DNA of 64,000 nt. Origin: Candidatus Omnitrophota bacterium. GTDB taxonomy: Bacteria > Omnitrophota > Gorgyraeia > Gygaellales > UBA12090. The notes under the pieces were generated by a model. That model searched no databases and had not been told where the DNA came from. It saw only the letters and a program-made list of their open reading frames with translations. A program made the translations under genes and the position numbers. Positions within the stretch are counted from its first letter, which is position 1. Each line of letters opens with the position of its first letter. Positions 8,334 to 17,876 of this stretch are shown in pieces. The DNA lies in the NCBI GenBank assembly GCA_030674475.1, contig JAUSCZ010000042.1, forward strand, positions 11,139 through 75,138, written 5' to 3'.

Positions 8334-10367
8334 ATGGCACATAGTATAGATTACCAAAAAGAGCTTAACTCCGCCCAGTTAGAAGCAGTGCGTTCAACTG
8401 AAGGGCCGTATCTGGTAATAGCCGGGGCCGGAAGCGGAAAGACCCGGGTGTTGGTCCATCGCACCGCTTATTTAGTCGAGCGCTCAGTCAGGCCGGAGGA
8501 GATACTTCTCTTAACCTTTACCCGCAAGGCCTCCCAGGAGATGCTTAAGCGGGCGTCCTTGATATTGGATGAGCGCTGTGAGCGGGTATCCGGGGGGACG
8601 TTTCATTCTTTCGCCAATATGGTCTTAAGGAGATACGCGAATGTAGTGGGTATCTCCAGAGACTTTACCATACTGGACCGCTCTGATGCCGAGGACACGG
8701 TTAATCTTATCCGGACCAAGTTAGGGTTTTCTAAAACCAAAAGCCGTTTTCCCAGAAAAGACGCCCTTCTGGATATAATCTCAAAAAGCGTGAATAAATC
8801 GGAGCCTTTGGAGAAAATAATTAACGGCGAATATCCCCAATTCGGTGAATGGCTTAATGAAATAAAAAAGATAGCCCGGGAATACGTTGACTATAAACAT
8901 TCCAAATCTATTCTGGATTATGATGATCTTCTGGTGTATCTTAAAAGGCTTTTGAGCGGCCATGAGGACACACGCCTTAGCTTATCCGCGAGATACCGCT
9001 ATATCATGGTGGATGAGTATCAGGATACCAATAAGCTCCAGTCCGAGATTGTTTATCTTTTAGCGTCGGAAAACAAAAATATAATGGTGGTAGGGGATGA
9101 TTCTCAGAGTATCTATTCTTTTCGGGGAGCCAATTTCAGGAATATCATTGATTTTCCCAAGATATTCAAAGGGACAAAAGTCATTACCCTGGAGGAAAAT
9201 TACCGCTCCACCCAGCCGATATTAAACCTGGCCAACCGGATAATCGAATCCAGCGAAGAGGGCTTTCAGAAAAGATTATACACCAATAAATCTTCCTCCG
9301 CGCTGCCTGTATATATTGAACTTCGCGACGAGCACCGGCAGTCAGAATACATAATTGAGAAGATTCTTGCTTTGAGGGAGGAGGGCGTTGAGTTAGCTGA
9401 TATCGCGGTACTTTTCCGCTCCAGCTGGCATTCTAACGACCTGGAGATAGAATTAGCCAGATGTAATATTCCTTTTGCCAAATACGGCGGGCAGAAATTC
9501 ATCGAGGCCGCCCATATCAAGGATGTCTTGTCTTATGTAAGGGTTATTTATAATATCGCTGATCAGGTAAGCTGGTTTAGACTGCTTTTATTGCTTCCTA
9601 AAATCGGCCCTAAGACGGCCGAGCTGGTAATCGAAGAAATAATTTCCCAGGGAAAGGGATTCGGCATAGATACCTCAAGTAAGCTTTTTACTAAGAATCC
9701 TGTGTTGGTAACCTTACTAGAGCTTTTTAGAAAGATTGATGTCAAAATTCAATTGCCGTATCAAATCCTGGAGTTGTGTATGGAATATTATCAGCCCTGG
9801 TTAAAAGATAAATACGACGACGCGGATAAGCGCCTTAATGATTTGAATTCTCTTTTCAGGATTGCCGAAAGGTATAACTCTTTAGAGCGGTTTCTTTCGG
9901 ATATGGCCCTGGATCCGCCGGAAAAAAATATTATTCAAGCTGGTTCTCTTACTAAGGATGAACCTAAGGTCAGCTTGTCTACCATCCACTCGGCCAAAGG
10001 CTTGGAGTGGCATACGGTTTTTATCATCTATTTGGCCGAAGGGCACTTGCCGAACTATCGGTCTTTAGAAGACCGCTCGGCGATAGAAGAGGAACGCAGG
10101 TTATTTTATGTGGCCGCCACCAGGGCCAGGGAGAATCTATTTCTGCTAAAACCTCATATAGATCGCTCATTTAAAAGCAAATCCTACGGTATGGGAGGGC
10201 CGGCTTTCACTCAGGCCTCGCGATTCTTAGAGGAAAGCGATATTTTAGATAAATACGCGATTACGGAAGGAGATAAAACGGATTCTTTCGGAATGGCAGG
10301 TTCGGGCAGGCGCGGGGATAAAAAATTCTGGAAAGTAATTGAAGATTTCGAGGGGATTGATGAATAA
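8334..10367 (+). CDS. UvrD/Rep/PcrA-family ATP-dependent DNA helicase
   Basis: Walker A AGAGSGKT near the N-terminus. DEYQDTN (motif II). Characteristic UvrD-family C-terminal block (LSTIHSAKGLEW, YVAATRAR). Confidence 0.85.
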   Translation: MAHSIDYQKELNSAQLEAVRSTEGPYLVIAGAGSGKTRVLVHRTAYLVERSVRPEEILLLTFTRKASQEMLKRASLILDERCERVSGGTFHSFANMVLRRYANVVGISRDFTILDRSDAEDTVNLIRTKLGFSKTKSRFPRKDALLDIISKSVNKSEPLEKIINGEYPQFGEWLNEIKKIAREYVDYKHSKSILDYDDLLVYLKRLLSGHEDTRLSLSARYRYIMVDEYQDTNKLQSEIVYLLASENKNIMVVGDDSQSIYSFRGANFRNIIDFPKIFKGTKVITLEENYRSTQPILNLANRIIESSEEGFQKRLYTNKSSSALPVYIELRDEHRQSEYIIEKILALREEGVELADIAVLFRSSWHSNDLEIELARCNIPFAKYGGQKFIEAAHIKDVLSYVRVIYNIADQVSWFRLLLLLPKIGPKTAELVIEEIISQGKGFGIDTSSKLFTKNPVLVTLLELFRKIDVKIQLPYQILELCMEYYQPWLKDKYDDADKRLNDLNSLFRIAERYNSLERFLSDMALDPPEKNIIQAGSLTKDEPKVSLSTIHSAKGLEWHTVFIIYLAEGHLPNYRSLEDRSAIEEERRLFYVAATRARENLFLLKPHIDRSFKSKSYGMGGPAFTQASRFLEESDILDKYAITEGDKTDSFGMAGSGRRGDKKFWKVIEDFEGIDE

Positions 10368-10372
10368 GTTTT

Positions 10373-11386
10373 TTATTTCTTGACCGGGGTTTTCTCTTTT
10401 AGGAAGTAGTTTTTGTCTTTCTTGATATTTTGGATAGCATGCTCCGGGACTTTAAACACCTGATTTTCCGGAGTGATCTTCACGTAATAGGCCTTTTCTT
10501 TTTCTAGATAATTTCCCACCTCAATAGCAAGAGTCTTTTTCTCATCGCTTTCAAGCGCAAGGTTGAAATTATCTTGTCCAAAGCCGTAATCAGTAAGGCT
10601 GGGGTTAAGCGCGTCCTGGGCAAAGATATTTGAGGCATTTTGCAGGAAGCTGTCTATTTTGCCTGAGTCAATTTCAACTTTTTTCACCGCCGGTTCAAAA
10701 TCCCAATTATATTTAGCATCGAATTCCTTCTTTTTGACCAGGGTGAATAGGTTTTTACCCTTTCGCGATGTTTCTATTTTTTCTATTTTTTTAGGGTCAA
10801 AAGAAAGCAGTTTAAAATCAGTGAAATAGTTATTGTCTAATTTTGCCTCTTTATTATAGATATTAAGCCGGCCCGGGATGTCCTTTAGGGTGAGAATAAT
10901 CTTCTCTGAATCTTTAAGCCTGAGGAAGCTGCTGTCCCAGCCAGGTTTATCAGGAGACACAATGATATGGGCTAAAGTTTTCGCGTCCTGGGCCTCTAAG
11001 ATGATATGGATGCCTTGAGTATCTTCCAGGTAAAAATCTCCGAATACCGATTTTGATTCCGCGCGCAGTTCCCCTTTTAAGCCGGATAAATCCTTGAGCA
11101 GGTTTTCCACATTTTCCTTCCTGGCCCTGACATTGAACTTATTTTCTATCCTCCAGTTGTCGGTGTCGTCTTTTAGCAGGATAATTTTATTCTTTTCATC
11201 GTCGCCTCTGTAAATGGTTATTTTCCGGATAAATCCTGCTGCCAAATCTTGCGTCAAAGTAAACGGCCGGGAAGCCGCGATTTCTTCCTGAACAAGCTGT
11301 TTCTTGGTAACGTTGTTTTTGATCAAGGCCAGAGCCGTAAGAAGCGATACTATGGCTACGAGGATAATAAGTTTTTTTAATTTCAT
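10373..11386 (-). CDS. DUF4340-like protein, the usual partner of GldG-type ABC systems; N-terminal signal/anchor
   Basis: N-terminal hydrophobic segment MKLKKLIILVAIVSLLTALAL. The gene sits immediately downstream of the GldF/GldG fusion, which is the position DUF4340 usually occupies. The family assignment is from memory. Confidence 0.5.
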   Translation of the reverse strand: MKLKKLIILVAIVSLLTALALIKNNVTKKQLVQEEIAASRPFTLTQDLAAGFIRKITIYRGDDEKNKIILLKDDTDNWRIENKFNVRARKENVENLLKDLSGLKGELRAESKSVFGDFYLEDTQGIHIILEAQDAKTLAHIIVSPDKPGWDSSFLRLKDSEKIILTLKDIPGRLNIYNKEAKLDNNYFTDFKLLSFDPKKIEKIETSRKGKNLFTLVKKKEFDAKYNWDFEPAVKKVEIDSGKIDSFLQNASNIFAQDALNPSLTDYGFGQDNFNLALESDEKKTLAIEVGNYLEKEKAYYVKITPENQVFKVPEHAIQNIKKDKNYFLKEKTPVKK

Positions 11387-13863
11387 TTCGCGTTCCCCAG
11401 CAGATAAAATTGTTTTTCTTTCCCGCGCAAAAACAGGCGCAGCGATCCATAAAAAACCAATAAAATCGGCACCAGGAATATCGCGATGAATTTATACCAG
11501 GCCTTCTGAGGGTTAGTCAATTTCTTCAGCTCGCGGCTGGTGAGGGTGTTGGAGCGGATTTGGATAATATCGGTCCCCAGGGTAAGGCCGTCAACGATAT
11601 TGGCAAAGAGATTAAGGTTCCCCGCGCCGCTTATAAGCTGGTCGGTAAACATCTTGGAACAGCCGACGATAATTAGCTTGCCGGGTTTAGGAGTAAGCGC
11701 GGGGACTGCCTCCTGATTTTGGGCGGGAGTTTGAGTATCCTGGTTTGGCCACTGGGGAATAGATTGAAAGGTATCGCTGAAATTCCCTTCTAACATTACG
11801 GCTAAGGGAAACGCGCCTTCGGGATTGCTTTTAGGAAAGGTTAAGAGCTCTTTTTTTAGATTGGAGCCGTCGGATGGCGCCTTCCAGCTTCTTTTGCTTG
11901 AGCTAAACATCAGGGTTTCTTTTAGATTCGCGGTTTTTAAGGCGTCTTCAGATATTTCCAGGGCTGAGCCCCACATAAAAAAAAGCGACGGCAGGCGGTT
12001 CATCAGAGGCATATCTGGACGCATCATTTCAGTGGTTACTAATATCTGATTAGGCACCTTGATCGGCATAGATAAGGCGAAGGGGCCGACCCGCTGGCCG
12101 GTGGTAACTTCAATTATCTGACTGCTTTCATCCATCAGCATTTCATCGTTAATCTTGACTCCCCATTTTTGAATCAGCCGGTTGATATCTAAATCCGCCT
12201 TTTTAGGGCTGATCTCTATCCCTTGAGTGCCTCCGCTTTGAAACGCGTATTCAAGGCCCTGGGCAGCGATCAGGGCCGCGCCTCCCTGAGCCAGGAATTT
12301 GTTGATTTCATAAAGCTGTCTGTCGTTGAGCTTCCCGGGGTTAAGGATTAACAGGGTGTTCAGGTCGCCGGTAATCGGGTCGTCTTTAGTCAGGCCGATT
12401 CGTTTCACGTTGTAGCCGTTATTACGCATCAGGGGGATAACGGTTTTATATTCATCCTCGTAGCGGCTTTCGGACTCTGTCATCCCTTGAATGAGGCGGT
12501 TTATTTCCGGGTTTAGTCCCTCGTTTTTAAGAGGAGAGAAAAGGGCGATATTGGGTTTTTTCTCCCGGGTTAATTTAGCGATTCTGGAGAGTATGAGATA
12601 CTCCAGGTCAGGGATGTCCCGGGGAGTGAGCCGGGGGAGGATCTCTTCATTTTTTTCTTTATAGGCGATGGTGATGGCCGAGTAAATCAGCTTGAGGCCA
12701 ACCTCGTCCTTATCAATGCTTTCTACCTGGAAAGGAAGCACACCTTTGTCCTGGAGTTTTTTCTCTAATGAGCCGGTTGTGTCTGAAGATTCTCCCGGGT
12801 TCTGATTTTGCTCTATCAGGTTTGAGGCTTCAATATGAAAGATTTTGTAATTAAGCTTATTATTAGAGATGATTTTCAGTTCCTCGAGCTTCCCGGAAAT
12901 ATCCTGCTCTATGGTTTTAAGCGCGGTGGGCATTTTGTCCTGAGGGCTGATGTAGAGGCTCAGGGAAACCGGCACCTTCAGCTCCCGGAGCATCTTCCGG
13001 GAAACTAAAGAGGTGGTATAGATTTTAGTCTCAGTAATATCAAATCTTCCTAAGCGCAGGTCGTGGATCAGCCAGTTAAAGATGATGAGGCCGATAATAG
13101 ACACAATTACGCTCAAGCTAAATACCGCTTTGGCCTTGGGCCTGAGCCTGCCCTCAAAATAAAAGCCATTGAGGATGAGGAATACGGATATTGCCGCGGT
13201 AAAATAGAGGATGTCCTTAATGCTGATAACGCCCTTGCTGAAGCTGATTGTATGGCTGGCGGTGCCTATATAATTTTTGATAAATGTTCCCAGTCCGCCA
13301 ATCCAGCCGTCAATAAAGGCGGCAAAAAAGTCTGTGCCTAAGAAGAAAAAAAGAAAACAACTTAAGGTGGTCAGCACAAAGGCGACAATCTGCTCTTTGG
13401 TGAGTCCGGAAATGAATATTCCTATAGCAAGGAAAAGCGCTCCGGTAAGAAACGAGCCTAGATAGCCGCCGATAATTGCTCCGCTATCGGGTGAGCCGGC
13501 GGCAGATAAAATTATCGGGATGGTTATGGTGCTTAAAAGGGCCAGAGAATAAAATATCAGGCTGGCTAAGAATTTCCCCAAAACTAACTCCCGCGGCTTC
13601 ATCGGAAAGGTCATCAGGAGCTCAAAGGTATTTTCTTTCTTATCCTCGGCCCACAGCCGCATAGTAACGGCCGGGATAAAAACAAAGAGGATGGTGGGCA
13701 GGCTGTCAAAATAAAGCCGCATATCGGCCCTTCCCAGAAGAAAAAAGCGGGTCATAAATAATCCGTTATTGATGGCCAGGAATACAATCAGGTAGATATA
13801 GGCGATACCAGAGTTAAAATATGAGCTAAGTTCCCTTTTAAGAATAGTCCAGATGTTTCTCAT
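11383..13863 (-). CDS. Fused ABC-2 type permease (GldF-like) and GldG-like auxiliary component
   Basis: 826 aa. The N-terminal ~250 aa are a polytopic ABC-2 permease. The remainder is a large periplasmic Gldg-type domain with a C-terminal TM helix. The gene overlaps the ATPase gene upstream by 4 nt. Confidence 0.7.
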   Translation of the reverse strand: MRNIWTILKRELSSYFNSGIAYIYLIVFLAINNGLFMTRFFLLGRADMRLYFDSLPTILFVFIPAVTMRLWAEDKKENTFELLMTFPMKPRELVLGKFLASLIFYSLALLSTITIPIILSAAGSPDSGAIIGGYLGSFLTGALFLAIGIFISGLTKEQIVAFVLTTLSCFLFFFLGTDFFAAFIDGWIGGLGTFIKNYIGTASHTISFSKGVISIKDILYFTAAISVFLILNGFYFEGRLRPKAKAVFSLSVIVSIIGLIIFNWLIHDLRLGRFDITETKIYTTSLVSRKMLRELKVPVSLSLYISPQDKMPTALKTIEQDISGKLEELKIISNNKLNYKIFHIEASNLIEQNQNPGESSDTTGSLEKKLQDKGVLPFQVESIDKDEVGLKLIYSAITIAYKEKNEEILPRLTPRDIPDLEYLILSRIAKLTREKKPNIALFSPLKNEGLNPEINRLIQGMTESESRYEDEYKTVIPLMRNNGYNVKRIGLTKDDPITGDLNTLLILNPGKLNDRQLYEINKFLAQGGAALIAAQGLEYAFQSGGTQGIEISPKKADLDINRLIQKWGVKINDEMLMDESSQIIEVTTGQRVGPFALSMPIKVPNQILVTTEMMRPDMPLMNRLPSLFFMWGSALEISEDALKTANLKETLMFSSSKRSWKAPSDGSNLKKELLTFPKSNPEGAFPLAVMLEGNFSDTFQSIPQWPNQDTQTPAQNQEAVPALTPKPGKLIIVGCSKMFTDQLISGAGNLNLFANIVDGLTLGTDIIQIRSNTLTSRELKKLTNPQKAWYKFIAIFLVPILLVFYGSLRLFLRGKEKQFYLLGNAK

Positions 13864-14807
13864 GATTGTTTTGGTTCTGTTTTTTTAAAAAGCCCCAGGA
13901 AAACTTCCTCCAGAGAAGGCTCTTGAGGGGAGAGTTCTTTTAGGATCCAGTTTTTTTCTTTAACCACCTGATTAATTGCCCGGAGGAATTCTTCGCCGGA
14001 CTTTGCCCGGCATTGAAATCTTACCGTATGCAAAGCCTCTTCAATAAAACTGAAGCTTTCCAGCGCGGCTATTGTTTTAAACGCGGATTCTATTTCCTGG
14101 CGATTTGCCTGGATGGAGACCAGGAAGTTATTATTTACGCTTTTGCCTTTTTTTAGCTCATTCGTGGTGCCCTGGGCAATAATCTGTCCCTGGTCAATTA
14201 TCAAGAGCCGGTCAGCCACCGCCGATGCCTCTTGCAGGATGTGGGTGGAGAAGATTATGGTCTTTTCCCGGGCTAAGTCCCGGATGAGTTTACGGATGCC
14301 GATAATCTGCATTGGGTCAAGCCCGGAGGTGGGTTCATCCAGGATTACTACCTGGGGGTCATGGATAAGGGCCTGAGCTAAGCCTACTCTTTGCCGGTAG
14401 CCTAAAGATAATTCAAAAATCGTATGCTTATAGACTTTGCGGATTTGGGTGGCTTCGATTACCCATTCTTTCCTTTCTTTAAGTTTTGTTGAGGAAAGGC
14501 CCCGCGCGCGCCCCACGAAATCCAGGTATTCGTCTACCCGCATATCTATGTAGAGAGGAGGGTTTTCCGGAAGATAGCCAAGCATCCTTCTTGCCGCCAG
14601 GGGGTTTTCGGTGATATCGTAGCCGCAGATTGAGGCTGTTCCTTTGCTGGGGTAGATAAAGGTGGTCAGGACGCGCATCAAGGTGGTCTTGCCCGCGCCG
14701 TTAGGGCCAAGCAAACCGATGACTTCTTTTTCGTTGGCCCGGAAAGAAACATTGTCTAGGGCGCGGGTGGCGCCGTAATACATAGTAAGATTTTTGGCTT
14801 CTATCAT
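13860..14807 (-). CDS. ABC transporter ATP-binding protein (GldA-like)
   Basis: Walker A GPNGAGKTT. Signature LSLGYRQRV. Walker B ILDEPTSGLD. C-terminal extension typical of GldA/CcmA-like ATPases. Confidence 0.9.
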   Translation of the reverse strand: MIEAKNLTMYYGATRALDNVSFRANEKEVIGLLGPNGAGKTTLMRVLTTFIYPSKGTASICGYDITENPLAARRMLGYLPENPPLYIDMRVDEYLDFVGRARGLSSTKLKERKEWVIEATQIRKVYKHTIFELSLGYRQRVGLAQALIHDPQVVILDEPTSGLDPMQIIGIRKLIRDLAREKTIIFSTHILQEASAVADRLLIIDQGQIIAQGTTNELKKGKSVNNNFLVSIQANRQEIESAFKTIAALESFSFIEEALHTVRFQCRAKSGEEFLRAINQVVKEKNWILKELSPQEPSLEEVFLGLFKKTEPKQS

Positions 14808-14886
14808 TAGAAAATCAAGAATAGTTTATAGTGTATGGTTTATAGTTTATAGCTAAAAAATAAAACCATAAGTTATCAGCTAATTT

Positions 14887-15744
14887 TTACGCTGTTATTT
14901 TTTGAATATACTCTTTAACTTCTTGAATAGTTTTATCCGGAGTGGAGGCCCCGGCAGTGATTCCCACGGATTCTACACCTTTAAACCAATCTTTCTTAAT
15001 ATCAGCGCTGGATTTTACCCAGTAAGAGTTCCGGTTAATGGATTTAGCGATTTCATAGAGCCTTTTAGTGTTCGCGCTGGTTTTTGAGCCGATAACTACG
15101 ATACAGTCATTTTTCTTAGGCAGGGTTTTTATTTCATCCTGCTTTAGGCGGGTGGGGGAGCAGATGGTGTTGTGAAATTCTAAGTCCGGGACACGCTTTT
15201 TTAGAATGCCCTGCATTTTTAGTACTTTTTCTAAATTTTGAGTAGACTGCACTACTACTGCCAGTTTCTTTAAGTTTGGGGATATTTTTTTCTCAATATC
15301 CGCGATATTCTCTAAGACGATCGCCTTGTGTTGGATTTGGCCGACGATGCCCTGGACCTCGTCGTGATTGTAGTCTCCGATAACCGCGATTCGGTATCCT
15401 TTTTCGTCCATATCCCTGGCCACCTTATGGATTTCTTTGACCATTGGGCAGGTAGCATCTATTACCTCTAATCCTAAGCTGTCCGCCTTTTCTATTGTTT
15501 TCCGGGCGCTGCCGTGGGCGCGGATGAGCAGGGATGAGCCGCTTTGTATTCGGGAGATGTTTTTTATCTTTTTTATCCCGGCGGATTCAATATCCCTGAC
15601 CACATTTTCGTTATGGACTATATCACCCAGCATATACACCGGCTCTTTTTTCTTTGAGCTTACCCTGGCAATATCAATCGCCCGCTTTACCCCAAAACAA
15701 AACCCCGCGTTTTTGGCCACCGTGATTTTCATAACTTTTATCAT
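14887..15744 (-). CDS. ispH: 4-hydroxy-3-methylbut-2-enyl diphosphate reductase IspH/LytB
   Basis: N-terminal AKNAGFCFGVKRAI, HNENVV, and C-terminal GITAGASTPD. The three conserved Cys-containing segments are present. Confidence 0.9.
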   Translation of the reverse strand: MIKVMKITVAKNAGFCFGVKRAIDIARVSSKKKEPVYMLGDIVHNENVVRDIESAGIKKIKNISRIQSGSSLLIRAHGSARKTIEKADSLGLEVIDATCPMVKEIHKVARDMDEKGYRIAVIGDYNHDEVQGIVGQIQHKAIVLENIADIEKKISPNLKKLAVVVQSTQNLEKVLKMQGILKKRVPDLEFHNTICSPTRLKQDEIKTLPKKNDCIVVIGSKTSANTKRLYEIAKSINRNSYWVKSSADIKKDWFKGVESVGITAGASTPDKTIQEVKEYIQKITA

Positions 15745-15761
15745 AGCAAGTAATTATTTCA

Positions 15762-15790
15762 TTGGCAATAGCTAAAATAAATGTTATAAT
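15762..15790 (+). promoter_or_regulatory. Putative sigma70-type promoter (TTGGCA-17-TATAAT) in the ispH/thioesterase divergent region
   Basis: ttggca at 15762-15767, a 17 nt spacer, then tataat at 15785-15790. Confidence 0.3.
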
Positions 15791-15797
15791 TTTACTA

Positions 15798-16274
15798 ATG
15801 GTAAAGAAAACTGTTGCTGATTCCGCGGCGATTTTATCCGAGGTAATGATGCCCCTGCACGCCAATCATTACGGCAGTGTGCACGGCGGGACGATTTTAA
15901 AGCTGGTTGATGAAGCGGCGTTCGTAGCCGCGACTAAACACGCCCGCAAGAATGTAGTTGTGGCCTCCATGGATAATATTGAATTCAAGCATCCGGTGGG
16001 CGTAGGGGATGTGTTGACCCTCAGGGCTTCGGTCTATCATGTGGGCCGGACCTCCATGGATGTGGAAGTGGAGATTGAAACGGAAAAGATTAAACAGGGA
16101 AAGATTCTTAAGGTGGGTTCGGCTTATTTAACTATGGTGGCCATGGACAAGAAAGGAAAGCCCGCGGAAGTTCCCCGCTTGATTCTTAAGACCAAAGAGG
16201 AAGTTGAAAAGAATAAGCAAATAAAGTTAAAAAGGCAAGAGCGGCTCGCGCGTTTTTCGAGAAATTATAAGTAG
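15798..16274 (+). CDS. Acyl-CoA thioesterase, hot-dog fold (YciA-like)
   Basis: ANHYGSVHGGTILKLVDEAAFVAATKHA...VVASMDNIEFKHPVGVGDVL is a thioesterase hot-dog core. Alternative starts are the ATG at 15846/15849, which has a GAGGT RBS. The six-frame ORF begins at 15762. Confidence 0.75.
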   Translation: MVKKTVADSAAILSEVMMPLHANHYGSVHGGTILKLVDEAAFVAATKHARKNVVVASMDNIEFKHPVGVGDVLTLRASVYHVGRTSMDVEVEIETEKIKQGKILKVGSAYLTMVAMDKKGKPAEVPRLILKTKEEVEKNKQIKLKRQERLARFSRNYK

Positions 16275-16299
16275 AGACGCGAAATCTCGCGTCTCTACT

Positions 16300-17805
16300 T
16301 TGTTAAAATTTAACTTCCAGATGGAGCATTGGAAAAAAATAAGCTTTTTGCCGCGGAAGGAATTAAGAGAACTCCAGAATAGATTACTCCGCGATTTTAT
16401 TTCCCGCCAGCTATATCCCTTTAGCCCTTATTACCGCAAGTTATTTGACCAGCATAAGATCAAGCCCCGCTACATCCAGACCGTTGAAGACTTAAAACTC
16501 ATTCCCTTTACCAAAAAAGAGGATTTTTTGCCTTCGGATGACTTTCCTAACCGCTTCCGGGATTTTATTCTTCAGCCGGATGAGGCCTTGATTAAGAAAT
16601 ACTGGCCAAAGAATAAGCTGGTGTATCTGGCCTTACTTAAAATTTTAAAAGGCCAGGAAGAGGTCAAAGAGCGTCTAAGTAAAGAATACCGCCCTATTTT
16701 TCTTACCGCCACCACCGGCACCACCAAACAGCCGGTTTCTTTTTTGTATACCAAGTTCGATATTGATAATTTGTATATTTCAGGATACCGTCTGCTGGAT
16801 GTCTTTGGGGTTCGGCAGGATTCCCGGGCAGTGAATCTTTTTCCTTATGCCCCGCATCTGGCCTTCTGGCAGACGGTCTTCGCGGCTTTTTCCCATAATG
16901 TCTTTATGCTCTCTACCGGAGGGGGCAAGGTGATGGGCACCCAGGGAAATATTGAGGCCATCTTAAAGGTTAAGCCGGATATTGTGATTGGGGTTCCGGG
17001 TTATCTTTATCATCTGGTGCGTTCGGCTAAGCAGATGAATAAAGACTTTAGTTTTATTAAAAAAGTGATCTTGGGGGCCTCCGCGGTTCCTCCGGGATTT
17101 AAGGAAAAGTTAAGCGGTATGCTCGGGGAGATGGGGGCTAATGGCGTCCAGGTATTCGGCACCTACGGTTTTACCGAGGCCAAATGCGCCTGGGGAGAAT
17201 GTCCCACGGATATCGGGGTTTCCAGCGGTTATCATACCTATCCGGATAAAGAGATATTTGAGGTGATTGACCCGGATACCGGCGAGACCAAAGGCGAGGG
17301 TGAAGACGGAGAGTTGGTGTATACCAGCATTGACTGCCGGGGCAGCGCTGTCCTGCGCTATCGCACCGGAGACTTGGTCAAGGGGGGGATAGCGTATTCT
17401 CCCTGTCCTTATTGCCGGCGCAGCGCCCCTCGCGTATCCAGCCATATCTACCGGGCCTCTAATATCAAAAACTTCCAGCTTTCCAAGGTTAAGGGCACCC
17501 TGGTAAACTTGAATACCTTTGGGGCAATCTTAGAGGCCGAGAAGGATATTGAGGAGTGGCAGGTGGAGATCAGAAAGAAGGATAACGACCCCTACGAGGT
17601 TGACGAATTGCTGTTGTATCTAAGCCTGAGCGCCGCTGTCGACCCGCAAAATCTAAAGAAAAGCCTCTGCGATAAAATCCTCTCCTTAACCGAGATAACC
17701 CCCAATGAGATAATCATCCTGCCGCACGATGAGATGCTCAAGCAGGTAGAGATGGAAATCTCCCATAAGGTAAAACGGTTTGTGGACAAAAGACCAGGGA
17801 CCTAA
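16300..17805 (+). CDS. Phenylacetate-CoA ligase-like adenylate-forming enzyme (PaaK / F390 synthetase family)
   Basis: TATTGTTKQP P-loop-like AMP-binding motif. Overall PaaK-like length and N-terminal pattern. Confidence 0.65.
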   Translation: MLKFNFQMEHWKKISFLPRKELRELQNRLLRDFISRQLYPFSPYYRKLFDQHKIKPRYIQTVEDLKLIPFTKKEDFLPSDDFPNRFRDFILQPDEALIKKYWPKNKLVYLALLKILKGQEEVKERLSKEYRPIFLTATTGTTKQPVSFLYTKFDIDNLYISGYRLLDVFGVRQDSRAVNLFPYAPHLAFWQTVFAAFSHNVFMLSTGGGKVMGTQGNIEAILKVKPDIVIGVPGYLYHLVRSAKQMNKDFSFIKKVILGASAVPPGFKEKLSGMLGEMGANGVQVFGTYGFTEAKCAWGECPTDIGVSSGYHTYPDKEIFEVIDPDTGETKGEGEDGELVYTSIDCRGSAVLRYRTGDLVKGGIAYSPCPYCRRSAPRVSSHIYRASNIKNFQLSKVKGTLVNLNTFGAILEAEKDIEEWQVEIRKKDNDPYEVDELLLYLSLSAAVDPQNLKKSLCDKILSLTEITPNEIIILPHDEMLKQVEMEISHKVKRFVDKRPGT

Positions 17806-17876
17806 GAAGAGAAGTAAGGGGTCAGACCCGGACACTAGACATTAATGAGATAACCTATTAGCCGAGGTAGAAAAAT

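Noticed and set aside
8334-14807. UvrD-like helicase plus adjacent ABC/GldG genes as a candidate defence locus
   Set aside because: The helicase is on the opposite strand from the ABC genes, and no nuclease, methylase or other defence-associated partner is adjacent. The ABC set is a standard GldA/F/G plus DUF4340 arrangement.
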